From Halorhodospira halophila SL1 (lineage in GTDB: Bacteria; Pseudomonadota; Gammaproteobacteria; Nitrococcales; Halorhodospiraceae), in contig NC_008789.1 in assembly GCF_000015585.1 (NCBI RefSeq), positions 2,430,001 to 2,462,000 of the forward strand: DNA of 32,000 bases, in the 5' to 3' direction. The notes under the pieces were generated by a model. The model was not told where the DNA came from, did no database searches, and worked only from the letters and a program-made list of their open reading frames with translations. Each line of letters starts with the position of its first letter. Position 1 is the first letter of the stretch. Positions 1 to 8,264 of this stretch are shown piece by piece. The position numbers and the translations under genes are program-made.

Positions 1-201
1 CTGTCGCGGGAGGAGCTGCTGGAGCAGGTCGGCGGGGTCATGAGCGAGCATCCGGACCGGCGCGTACTCCTGCGCGGCGACCAGCAGGTCGCCTACGGCG
101 AGGTCGTGGCGCTGATGGCCGAACTGCAGGCGGCCGGGGTGCCGAGCGTGGGACTGATGAGTCAGCCGCCGGAGGACACCCCGGCCCCCGACGCGGGATG
201 A
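1..201 (+). CDS. tolR: TolR (ExbD/TolR family) C-terminal fragment; 5' end lies outside the window
   Basis: Frame +1 is open from base 1 to TGA 199-201. It reads ...[35 protein letters not shown]..., typical of the ExbD/TolR periplasmic C-terminus. It lies 10 bp upstream of tolA in a tolR-tolA-tolB-pal-cpoB order. Confidence 0.8.
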   Translation: MSREELLEQVGGVMSEHPDRRVLLRGDQQVAYGEVVALMAELQAAGVPSVGLMSQPPEDTPAPDAG

Positions 202-211
202 GGCCCTGCCC

Positions 212-1162
<951 letters not shown>

Positions 1163-1165
1163 GCC

Positions 1166-2476
1166 GTGACGCGACTGAAACGAGTATGGAGCACCCTCTA
1201 CCTGGCAGCCCTGCTATCGCTGCCGGCCCATGCCAGTGCCGATGACGATCTGGTGATCGACATCATCGGCGGTATCGAGGGCGCCACCCCCATCGCCATC
1301 GTGCCGTTCCAACGGGCCGAGGGGGCCGACCCGGAGACCGAACTCGCGCCGATCATCACGGCCAACCTGGCCCGTACGGGCCGCTTCGACATCCTGCCGG
1401 AGGAGGACCTGGTCGACACCCCGGGGCGCATGGAGGATGTGCGCTTCTCCACCTGGCGGGCCCAGGGGGTGGATCACCTGGTGGTGGGCGGGATCGATGA
1501 CGCCGGAGACGGCCGCTACGAGGTGCGCTTCGAGGTCCTCGACGCCTTCCAGGGGCAGCGCACCGACGGCCGGCGCTACCGCGCCGAGGAGCGCCACCTG
1601 CGCACCCTCGCCCACACCATCTCCGACCGCATCTACGAGACCATCACCGACCGTGAGGGCACCTTCACCAAGCGGATCGCCTACGTGGCCGTGGAGCAGC
1701 GCGAGGACGGCGAAGGTCGCCGCCACCGACTGGTGGTGGCCGACTCCGACGGGCACCGGCCGCAGACCATCCTGACCTCCGACGAACCACTGCTCTCCCC
1801 GGCGTGGTCACCGTCGCGGGACCGGCTGGCCTACGTCTCCTTCGAGGGCCGCCGGTCGGAGGTCTTTGTCCAGGAGATTCGCACCGGCGAGCGCGAGCGG
1901 GTGGCCAGCTTCCGCGGTATCAACAGCGCACCGGCGTGGTCGCCGGACGGGGACCAACTGGCGGTGACCCTCTCCCGCGACGGCGCCGCCAACATCTACC
2001 TCATCGACGTGGCCAGCGGCGATGTCCGGCCCCTGACCGATCACTGGGCCATCGACACCGAGGCCACCTGGGGCCCGGACGGCGACTGGATCTATTTCAC
2101 CTCGGACCGGGGCGGACGGCCGCAGATCTACCGCACCCCCCCGGACGGCAGCGAGACCGAACGGGTAACCTACGACGGGGCGTACAATGCCCGGCCGAGC
2201 ATCTCGCCCGACGGCGAGCGCATGGCCATGGTCCACCGCCACGACGGCCAGTACTATATCGCTCTGCAGGACCTAGACACCGAGGCGGTGCAGATCATCA
2301 GCGACGGCCCGGCCGACGAGTCGCCGAGCTTCGCCCCCAACGGCGATCTGGTCATCTACACCACCGGCGACACCGAGGGGCAGCGACTGGCGACCGCCTC
2401 GGTCATCGGCGGTGCGGTGGCCCCGCTGGAGTCCACCGAAGAACCGAATACCCGCGTACGCGAACCGGCCTGGTAA
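1166..2476 (+). CDS. tolB: TolB, periplasmic beta-propeller protein of the Tol-Pal system
   Basis: GTG start 4 nt after the tolA stop, with GGAG upstream. Signal peptide (LYLAALLSLPAHASA). Beta-propeller repeats of TolB type (SPAWSPSRDRLAYVSF, SAPAWSPDGDQLAVTLS, ATWGPDGDWIYFTSDRGGRPQIY, RPSISPDGERMAMV, ESPSFAPNGDLVIY). Confidence 0.95.
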   Translation: MTRLKRVWSTLYLAALLSLPAHASADDDLVIDIIGGIEGATPIAIVPFQRAEGADPETELAPIITANLARTGRFDILPEEDLVDTPGRMEDVRFSTWRAQGVDHLVVGGIDDAGDGRYEVRFEVLDAFQGQRTDGRRYRAEERHLRTLAHTISDRIYETITDREGTFTKRIAYVAVEQREDGEGRRHRLVVADSDGHRPQTILTSDEPLLSPAWSPSRDRLAYVSFEGRRSEVFVQEIRTGERERVASFRGINSAPAWSPDGDQLAVTLSRDGAANIYLIDVASGDVRPLTDHWAIDTEATWGPDGDWIYFTSDRGGRPQIYRTPPDGSETERVTYDGAYNARPSISPDGERMAMVHRHDGQYYIALQDLDTEAVQIISDGPADESPSFAPNGDLVIYTTGDTEGQRLATASVIGGAVAPLESTEEPNTRVREPAW

Positions 2477-2499
2477 ACCACCTGCGAGGACGAGACACC

Positions 2500-3126
2500 A
2501 TGATCGTCACAAGCCACCGAAGCGACATGCTCCGCCCGCTGCGCACCCTGGGGCTAGCCGCCGGCCTGGCCCTGCTGGCCGGTTGCGCCTCCTGGATCGA
2601 GGATCCCGACGCCGTGCCCGGCGAAGAGGCCGAGGACGCCGAGATCGAGACCGAAGACTTCGATCCCACCGAGGCCGAGGCCCTGGAGGATCCGGACGAC
2701 GCCGAGGAGGAACGGCTGGAGCGGGCCCGCGCCGAGGGCCTGGACCCGGACGATCCACTGGATGCCGCCGTCCTCGACGAACCCGAGAGCCCCCTGGCGA
2801 CCCGGCGCGTGCACTTTGCCTTCGACTCCAGCAACATCCGCGATGACGACATCCCGGTCCTCGAGGCCCACGCCGAGTTCCTCCGCGAACACCCGGATGA
2901 GCGGATGACCATCGAGGGCCATACCGACGAGCGCGGTTCTCGGGAGTACAATCTGGCCCTGGGCGAACGGCGCGCCGAAGCGGTGGAGCGGCTGCTGCGC
3001 GCCAACGGCGCCCGGTCGGACCAGCTCGAGGTGGTCAGCTACGGCGAGGAAGACCCGCTGGTCGACGAATCCAACGAGGACGCGTGGGCCGAGAACCGCC
3101 GCGCCGAGCTGCTCTACGATCGATAA
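2500..3126 (+). CDS. pal: Peptidoglycan-associated lipoprotein Pal (OmpA-like domain) with a long acidic linker
   Basis: ATG 2500 (alternative ATG 2527), in frame within the long ORF 1804..3126. Lipobox LLAGC. OmpA-like domain (VHFAFDSSNIRDDD...MTIEGHTDERGSREYNLALGERRAEAV...NRRAELLY). The part of the ORF upstream of 2500 overlaps tolB and is not coding. Confidence 0.9.
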   Translation: MIVTSHRSDMLRPLRTLGLAAGLALLAGCASWIEDPDAVPGEEAEDAEIETEDFDPTEAEALEDPDDAEEERLERARAEGLDPDDPLDAAVLDEPESPLATRRVHFAFDSSNIRDDDIPVLEAHAEFLREHPDERMTIEGHTDERGSREYNLALGERRAEAVERLLRANGARSDQLEVVSYGEEDPLVDESNEDAWAENRRAELLYDR

Positions 3127-3884
3127 TGCGGTACCCCGGTATGCGAAAGATCTCCACCATCGCTGTGCTGCTCGCCCTGACCGCCCCCGCCGCGGCCGAG
3201 GATGTCGAGCAGCGGCTCGACCGCCTCGAAGGCCTGCTCGAAGGCCGCGGCCTGGCCGAACTGGTCCGCGATGTCGAGCGCATCAAGCAGGAGAACCGCG
3301 AGCTGCGCGGCGACATCGAGAGCCTGGACCGCCAGGTCCGGCGGCTGCAGGAACGCCAGCGCGAGCACTACGCCGACCTGGACGATCGACTGCGTGAACT
3401 CCAGGAGCGCGGCCCGGCACCGGGCCAGCAGGAGATCCCCATCCCCGACCTGGACGACCCGGACGCCGAAGCCGCCGACGAGGACGCCGATGCTGGGGAA
3501 CTCTACCAGGCGGCCTTCCGCCAGCTCGGCGACGGCCTGTACGAAGAGGCCCGCGAGGGCTTCCGCGACGTCCTCGACACCGACGCCGACGGCGACTACG
3601 CCGCCAACGCCGTCTACTGGATCGCCGAGACCTACTACGCCGAACGCGAATTCGAGGACGCCGAGGCCTACTTCAACCGGGTCGTGGACGATTACGAGGA
3701 GAGCAACAAGGTCGCCGACGCCCAGCTGAAGCTCGGCTACATCGCCTTCGAGGAGGACCGCCTCGAAGAGGCCCGCGACCGACTCGAGGCCGTGCAGGAG
3801 GACCACCCGGACACCACCGCAGCCAACCTGGCCCAGCAGCGACTCTCGGAGATCCGCCGCCTGCTGCCCGACGACGACGAATAG
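3126..3884 (+). CDS. cpoB: CpoB/YbgF cell-division coordinator (signal peptide, coiled coil, TPR domain)
   Basis: ATG 3126 overlaps the pal stop (TAATG); alternative ATG at 3141. Signal peptide (ISTIAVLLALTAPAAA). Coiled-coil segment (VEQRLDRLEGLLE...ENRELRGDIESLDRQVRRLQERQ). TPR-like C-terminus (YQAAF..GLYEEAREGF..YAANAVYWIAETYYAEREFEDAEAYF). Last gene of the tol-pal cluster. Confidence 0.85.
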   Translation: MRYPGMRKISTIAVLLALTAPAAAEDVEQRLDRLEGLLEGRGLAELVRDVERIKQENRELRGDIESLDRQVRRLQERQREHYADLDDRLRELQERGPAPGQQEIPIPDLDDPDAEAADEDADAGELYQAAFRQLGDGLYEEAREGFRDVLDTDADGDYAANAVYWIAETYYAEREFEDAEAYFNRVVDDYEESNKVADAQLKLGYIAFEEDRLEEARDRLEAVQEDHPDTTAANLAQQRLSEIRRLLPDDDE

Positions 3885-3935
3885 CCGCCGCAGGCTTCCC
3901 TCCGCACGGCGCGTTGATTAGAATGCGCAGTTCCC

Positions 3936-4008
3936 GGGGCGTTAGCTCAGTTGGTAGAGCATCGGACTTTTAATCCGCTGGTCGCTGGTTCGAATCCAGC
4001 ACGCCCCA
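3936..4008 (+). tRNA. tRNA-Lys (anticodon UUU), CCA not encoded
   Basis: Cloverleaf read by eye. Acceptor GGGGCGT/ACGCCCC with discriminator A. D arm GCTC-AGTTGGTA-GAGC. Anticodon loop CTTTTAA. T arm GCTGG-TTCGAAT-CCAGC. One U:C mismatch at 27:43. In E. coli and Pseudomonas, tRNA-Lys genes also lie shortly downstream of the tol-pal/ybgF cluster (recalled). Confidence 0.93.
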
Positions 4009-4019
4009 TAATTTCATCA

Positions 4020-4044
4020 CGGTATGCGCTCCTGCCGCATACCG
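4020..4044 (+). terminator. Perfect hairpin just after tRNA-Lys (CGGTATGCG-ctcctgc-CGCATACCG), candidate terminator
   Basis: 9-bp perfect stem and 7-nt loop, 12 nt after the tRNA 3' end. Only a weak T content follows (CTTGC), so it is not a canonical intrinsic terminator. Confidence 0.45.
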
Positions 4045-4263
4045 CTTGCACGCCTCGCCATACTGGACGCGGCACCCAGCGACTTCTACCATGACAGTCG
4101 GCGTTGTGGCCGCCTATACAGAGATCCGGCGCTCACCGGGAGCGCACTATCCGGGTCCGCAGGTGGTGTGACGCAGGGTCGGTCGTGGCGAGCGGCTTAT
4201 CGCGCTGCGGGATCGAACAAGCGGGGATCGAAGGTGAAGGGCCGTGTGGTGGATTCAGGCAGA

Positions 4264-5160
4264 TCACACACGGCCGGATGCGGGGGATTGAGCAACAGGT
4301 TCGACGCCTCTGCGACGATCTGCGAGCGCACACGCAGCACCGCGGCCCGAGAGATCGGCGAGTTCTTTGAGAGACAGCCCGACGGCGTGAAGCATCTCCT
4401 CCGCGGTCGCGACCGGAATCCCGGAACGGATCGGATCGACGACCTCCAGATGCGCCAAAGGATCACGGTCCTGTTGCGCTTCTAGATAGCCGAAGGGAGT
4501 CATATCGTCAGACGTGGTCATCATAGGCTCCCGCAATGTGTAGCGGAACGGCGCAGCGCGGCCATCGGGCCCCAGCTTGTGGTCGCGCACGAAGAGGTGG
4601 ACATCGATACCGCGCTGGCGGTGCTCGATGAGTTCCCGGCCACGCTTGCTCTCCGGAGTCGTCTGGTTCTGGCTCTGCCAGTGGAAGGTTCGCTCGTCGA
4701 TGAAGTAGTCCAGGTAGCGGTAGTCGGCACCCTTCCCCTGCTTGTTCAAAGTGACCAGCAGAATGTGGGTGCGCGAATCGGGCAACACGACATGGCCGGA
4801 TTGCCAGGCGCCGGCACTGTACTCCACCCCGAACAGCTGCGGGATCTCCTGCCGCTGGAATGACTGGCCCACCGCCACCGCCAGCGGATCGAGCACAGCC
4901 CGCAGCCGAGCGAAGGTGCGCATGGCGTCGTCCGCTTCCAGGTCCGGATACTCCGGGTTGTTGGCACGGAGGATATACCGACCGTCTTCTGTCTTGCGGA
5001 CGACCCGCAACAGATACTGGTCATCGCCCGCGGTGTCCTGCCGTTCGATGGCCATCGTGGTGCCGGTGATGGAACCGGCAGACGTATCGGTCACCCACTC
5101 CAAAAGCAGGTAGTCGCCGTCGCGTATCGGCTGTCTGCCGCCGTCCATGGAGTGGCCCAC
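4264..5160 (-). pseudogene. S24 (LexA/UmuD-like) beta-barrel fused to a DUF3427-like domain; N-terminally truncated with a non-homologous C-terminal tail, probably a gene remnant
   Basis: S24-like motifs at the extreme N-terminus: (V)GHSMDGGRQPIRDGDYLLLE...LLRVVRKTEDGRYILRANNPEYPDL. An in-frame stop lies only 14 codons upstream (TAA at 5200-5202), so most of the fold before the Ser-Met motif is missing. The middle part matches my recollection of DUF3427 (GQSFQRQEIPQLFG...ILLVTLNKQGKGADYRYLDYFIDERTFHWQSQNQTTPESKRGRELIEH...IDVHLFVRDHK...APFRY). The last ~65 aa are unrelated and contain an HTH-like stretch (MLHAVGLSLKELADLSG) that reads on better in another frame (ISRAAVLRVRSQ). Confidence 0.5.
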
Positions 5161-5260
5161 GGCGCGGGCGACAAAATGGCGCCCCGGGTCAAGCCGGCCT
5201 TACCACCAGCCCACGTTGATGGCCCTCGGCGCGCGTCGCACGCAATTGCTCTAATGCCTC

Positions 5261-5635
5261 CTACTGCTGCGGCGTGGGCTCGGGCAGCGGCAGCTCAGGA
5301 TCATCGCTTCCCGGGGCAACGCTCGGGGGCGTGTCCGGCCGGCGCCGCTCGTACTCATCGACCCAGCCGTAATCCAACGCGCGGGTCCTGGAGTGCTGGA
5401 AGGTCTGCCGGAAGGCGTCGCGGATCTCCGCCAGGCGTTGCGGCCCATCACTGTCCGGGCTGCCCGCTTCGACCCAATAATTCCACTCCAGCCCTTGAGT
5501 GAGGGCCTCTTTGCTGATGTTGCTGGAACCGATGATCGCAGCCAGCAAACGCGGCAGCAGGGGGTCTTCCTCGCCCCCGCGCACCAAGCGGACCGCATCG
5601 TTGGCGGTTTTTAGCGGTTGCGCACCAGACCCCAT
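5261..5635 (-). pseudogene. Short ORF resembling the C-terminal half of a PLD/HKD nuclease motif (IIGSSNISKEAL..GLEWNY), likely a fragment
   Basis: 124-aa ORF with an in-frame stop 5 codons upstream of its ATG. It has the G-S-x-N part of HxK(x)4D(x)6GSxN, but the expected H/K positions read VRLVRGGEED. It is in a different frame from the downstream DUF3427 ORF. Confidence 0.3.
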
Positions 5636-5810
5636 TACCGATTGCTGCCCCTACTCAAGATCTCAATCATGTGACGGGACCGGTGTGGCGCGAGAATGGC
5701 ACCCGTCCTTGGCACCCTGGGGAAGTGCTCGATCCCAGTCTACTGATACGGGATCTTCCCGCCACTCCTCCCCGTGGGATAAGGCCAGGAGACCTTGATA
5801 ACGCACCCGT

Positions 5811-7103
5811 TCAGGGCGTAAGCCCGTCGAGTGCGTCCAGCTCCGGTGTGTCGCCGGTCAGCCGCAGGTCGTAGCGGCGTGCCAGGGCCTGAAACAGGTT
5901 GTCACTGAGGAAGGCGGGCGGGTTGGGGCCCAGGGTGATCCCGCGTACATCGAGACTGAGCAGGGTCAGCAGCACCGCCACCGCCTTCTGCTCGAACCAG
6001 CTGATTACCAGGGTCAGTGGCAGGTCATTGACGTTGCAGTCCAGCGCGCGGGCGAGCCCCAGGGCCACTTGGATGGCACCGTAGGCGTCGTTGCACTGGC
6101 CCATATCAAGCAGCCGCGGGAAGCCCAGGTGCGTCCCGAACGCCTGATCGCGGATGCGAAACTTCCCGCACCCGAGGGTGAGCACGAAGCTGTCGGCCGG
6201 GGTCGCCGCCGCGTAATCGTTGAAGTAGTTCCGGCTGCGGTGGGCGCCGTCGCAGCCGCCGATCAGGTAGAACTGGCTGATCTGGCCCTGCTGGTAGGCC
6301 TCGAGCAGCGTCTCGGCGTGCTGCAGCAGGACAGTGTGGTGGAAGCCGACGGTGGACTCCCCCTCCACGGCCTCCACGCAGGGAGCGACGCGCCGCGCAG
6401 CCTCGATCACCGGCGTGAAGTCGCCATCGGTGATGCACTGCCCGCCATGGACGGCAGTGGCGCGGGTGGTGAACAGCCGGTCCGCGTAACGGGCTGCCGG
6501 CGGCATCACGCAGTTGGTGGTGACCAGGATGGCCCCCGGGAAAGCCTTGAACTCGCGCTTCTGATCCTGCCAGGCACCGCCGTAATGGCCGGCCAGGTTG
6601 GGGTGCTGGTGCAGCGCCGGGTACATGTGCGCCGGCAGCATCTCGCCGTGGGTGTAGACCTGGATGTCGGTCCCTTCGACCTGCTGGAGCAGGTGGTGGA
6701 GATCGAGCAGGTCGTGACCGCTGACCAGGATCCCGGGGCCGGCGCGGGTGCCCTCGGACACGGTGGCCGGCTGAGGCTGACCGAACGTTTCCACATGGGC
6801 GGCGTCGAGCATCTCCATCACCCGCAGGTTCATCTGACCGCAGCGCAGGCAAAGCTCAAGCAACGAGTCGAGATCGAAGTTGACGTTCGTCATGGTGGCG
6901 AACAACGCCTCCTCCATGAACGCCGCCACCTCCGGATCGTGCCTGCCGAGCCGACGAGCGTGGTGGGCGTAGGCGGCCATCCCCTTGAGGCCGTAGAGCA
7001 GCAACTGCTGGGCGGAGTGGCAGTCCTCATCCTTACCGCAGACACCGGGGGACTGAGTGCAGGCCTCCTGGCGACGAACCTGTTCGCACTGGTCACAGAA
7101 CAT
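5811..7103 (-). CDS. hcp: Hybrid-cluster protein / hydroxylamine reductase, short (430 aa) form
   Basis: Start ATG 7103 (MFCDQCEQ...) preceded by AAGGTGG. N-terminal Cys motif C-x2-C-x8-C-x6-C. Strongly Hcp-like throughout (ILVSGHDLLDLHHLLQQVEGTDIQVYTHGEMLPAH, GAWQDQKREF, ILVTTNCV, LIGGCDG, LTLGCGKFR, DMGQCNDAY, LVISWFEQKAVAVLLTLLSL). The ORF-track start at 7391 adds 96 non-homologous residues. Confidence 0.9.
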   Translation of the reverse strand: MFCDQCEQVRRQEACTQSPGVCGKDEDCHSAQQLLLYGLKGMAAYAHHARRLGRHDPEVAAFMEEALFATMTNVNFDLDSLLELCLRCGQMNLRVMEMLDAAHVETFGQPQPATVSEGTRAGPGILVSGHDLLDLHHLLQQVEGTDIQVYTHGEMLPAHMYPALHQHPNLAGHYGGAWQDQKREFKAFPGAILVTTNCVMPPAARYADRLFTTRATAVHGGQCITDGDFTPVIEAARRVAPCVEAVEGESTVGFHHTVLLQHAETLLEAYQQGQISQFYLIGGCDGAHRSRNYFNDYAAATPADSFVLTLGCGKFRIRDQAFGTHLGFPRLLDMGQCNDAYGAIQVALGLARALDCNVNDLPLTLVISWFEQKAVAVLLTLLSLDVRGITLGPNPPAFLSDNLFQALARRYDLRLTGDTPELDALDGLTP

Positions 7104-7118
7104 GGGCACCACCTTGCG

Positions 7119-7144
7119 TTCCGATGTACTGTACGTACACCGAA
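7119..7144. promoter_or_regulatory. Inverted repeat TTCCGATGTAC-TGTAC-GTACACCGAA, candidate Rrf2/NsrR operator in front of hcp
   Basis: It contains GATG-N11-CACC. This is the same geometry as the recalled gammaproteobacterial NsrR consensus (GATGyAT-N5-ATrCATC), and the core TGTACGTACA is a perfect palindrome. It lies between a -10-like hexamer and the hcp RBS. Confidence 0.4.
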
Positions 7145-7172
7145 TAGTGCCCAGTCGCCCCGAGCGGGTCAA
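7144..7172 (-). promoter_or_regulatory. Candidate sigma70 promoter of hcp (TTGACC-17 nt-CACTAT)
   Basis: On the minus strand, TTGACC (7172-7167), a 17-nt spacer and CACTAT (7149-7144). The palindrome above starts right at or after the -10, a classical repressor-overlap layout. Sequence pattern only. Confidence 0.3.
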
Positions 7173-7228
7173 GGGCCCTGCGCCACCGGCCCCGGAGGCG
7201 AGCAGCGGCGGACGCTGCAGGAGGCGAA

Positions 7229-7684
7229 TCAGCCGTTGGAGGTGGGCAGCGGATCGTCCTGGGACAGGCGCCGGAGTTGCTGCGCGGTACCGGGATCGGC
7301 GAGCAACTCTTCCAGGGTCACGCCGTCGAGATGCTGGATGAACTGATCCCGGGCGCCGTTCAGGGCCCGTTTCAGGGAGCAGTGTCCGCACAGGGGGCAG
7401 GGGCCACGGTCGCAGTGGATCAGCTCCAGGCTGTCCTCCATAAGACGCACCACATCGCCCACGCGGATCGCGCCCGGTGCACAGCCGAGCCGCAATCCTC
7501 CGCTCCGCCCCTGGGTCGTCTGAAGATAGCCGTGGCGGGCCAGGCGATGGACCACTTTGCGCAGATGATCCTGGGAGATCCCGTAGGCCCGGGCGATCTC
7601 CCGCATGGGCACCCGCCGCTCCCCCTGCGCGCCCGCATAGAGGAGCACACGCAGGGCGTAGTCGGTGTAGTAGGTCAGCTCCAT
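7229..7684 (-). CDS. nsrR: Rrf2-family transcriptional regulator, NsrR-like (Fe-S cluster type)
   Basis: Start ATG 7684 (MELTYYTDYALRVLLYAG...). Winged HTH (MREIARAYGISQDHLRKVVHRLARHGYLQTTQGRSGGLRL). Cys cluster HCDRGPCPLCGHC. Directly upstream of hcp. The ORF-track start at 8101 overlaps the upstream gene and is not credible. The NsrR subtype is inferred from the hcp linkage. Confidence 0.8.
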   Translation of the reverse strand: MELTYYTDYALRVLLYAGAQGERRVPMREIARAYGISQDHLRKVVHRLARHGYLQTTQGRSGGLRLGCAPGAIRVGDVVRLMEDSLELIHCDRGPCPLCGHCSLKRALNGARDQFIQHLDGVTLEELLADPGTAQQLRRLSQDDPLPTSNG

Positions 7685-7712
7685 GGCTCCGGGTCCTCCA
7701 TCGAACCCGGGT

Positions 7713-7718
7713 ATTATA
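7713..7718 (-). promoter_or_regulatory. Perfect TATAAT hexamer 28 nt upstream of the Rrf2 gene start, candidate -10
   Basis: Minus strand reads ...ggcggTATAATacccgggttcgatGGAGGacccggagccATG. No good -35 at 17 nt. An 8-bp palindrome ACCCGGGT follows the hexamer. Confidence 0.3.
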
Positions 7719-7760
7719 CCGCCTGAGCCACCTCTCCGGCCCCGCCGCGCGGGCGCCGGG

Positions 7761-8264
7761 TCAGAAACGGGCGAGGACGCTCCGTGCCTGACGCCAGTCG
7801 GCGTCGCCCGGGGCGTTGGCCATCGCCACCCCAACGTCGTGGTCCTGGACCAGGTAGAGCACCCCCTCCAGCGTGGCGAGAAGGACCTGGTGCTCGGTCT
7901 CGGCCCGCACGATCTCCTCAAACCAGCGCTTGCGCGCCGCCGGGGCGAGCTGCGGATCGACCAGCACCACCTTGCGCGCGGCAACCAGGCCCTGGTGATT
8001 CCGCTGCAGCCGTTTGCGGGTCTCGCGCAGCAGAACCGCGACCTCCCCACGGGGATCGAGGGGCGTCCCGTAGCGGGCCTCGTCGATCCGGCGCTGGACA
8101 TGCTCCGCGAAGTCGACCAACCGGGCCACTGCCCCCCGCTCGGCCGCGAGGGCGCCGGGCGAGGCGTTCAACGCCAGGATCATTTGCATACTCTGGAATT
8201 GCGCCTCGCTGGTCAGGCACGAGCACAGGGTATCGAGTTCACGGGGGGTACGGATGGCCGACAT
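7761..8264 (-). CDS. Hypothetical alpha-helical protein (167 aa), no family recognised
   Basis: Long ORF with strong G/C preference at the third codon position in this frame only. Co-directional with nsrR-hcp, 76 bp upstream. No motif I can assign. Confidence 0.55.
   Translation of the reverse strand: MSAIRTPRELDTLCSCLTSEAQFQSMQMILALNASPGALAAERGAVARLVDFAEHVQRRIDEARYGTPLDPRGEVAVLLRETRKRLQRNHQGLVAARKVVLVDPQLAPAARKRWFEEIVRAETEHQVLLATLEGVLYLVQDHDVGVAMANAPGDADWRQARSVLARF

Noticed and set aside
1804-2499. N-terminal 232 residues of the 440-aa ORF that ends as Pal.
   Set aside because: This part overlaps tolB in another frame and its translation is Arg/Pro/Gly junk. The lipoprotein signal peptide and lipobox begin at ATG 2500.
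3896-3924. TAGAAT hexamer (3919-3924) 11 nt upstream of tRNA-Lys with a GC-rich discriminator, a possible tRNA promoter.
   Set aside because: The -35 region at 17-nt spacing (TTCCCT) is poor, and the predicted TSS would leave only a ~4-nt leader. It is too weak to call from sequence alone.
4024-4485. 153-aa plus-strand ORF starting inside the tRNA-Lys terminator hairpin, with nested ORFs at 4104..4370 and 4133..4333.
   Set aside because: There is no RBS and no recognisable domain. It overlaps the 3' part of the minus-strand DUF3427-like ORF and is more likely non-coding remnant sequence.
5697-5714. TGGCAC-N6-TTGGCA, reminiscent of a sigma54 -24/-12 promoter.
   Set aside because: The GG-to-GC spacing is 12 nt rather than the strict 10 nt. 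It points toward the 3' end of hcp, with no plus-strand gene to drive.
4009-5810. I searched by eye for a direct repeat of the tRNA-Lys 3' end (an attR-type scar) bounding the islet.
   Set aside because: I found only a weak resemblance near 5625-5640 (CACCAGACCCCATTA versus CCAGCACGCCCCATAA). That is not convincing without a computed alignment.
7685-8101. 139-residue N-terminal extension of the Rrf2 regulator ORF.
   Set aside because: It overlaps the 167-aa gene in another frame and is Arg/Ser/Pro-rich. Rrf2 proteins start at the MELT.YTDYALR helix, and ATG 7684 has a GGAGG upstream.
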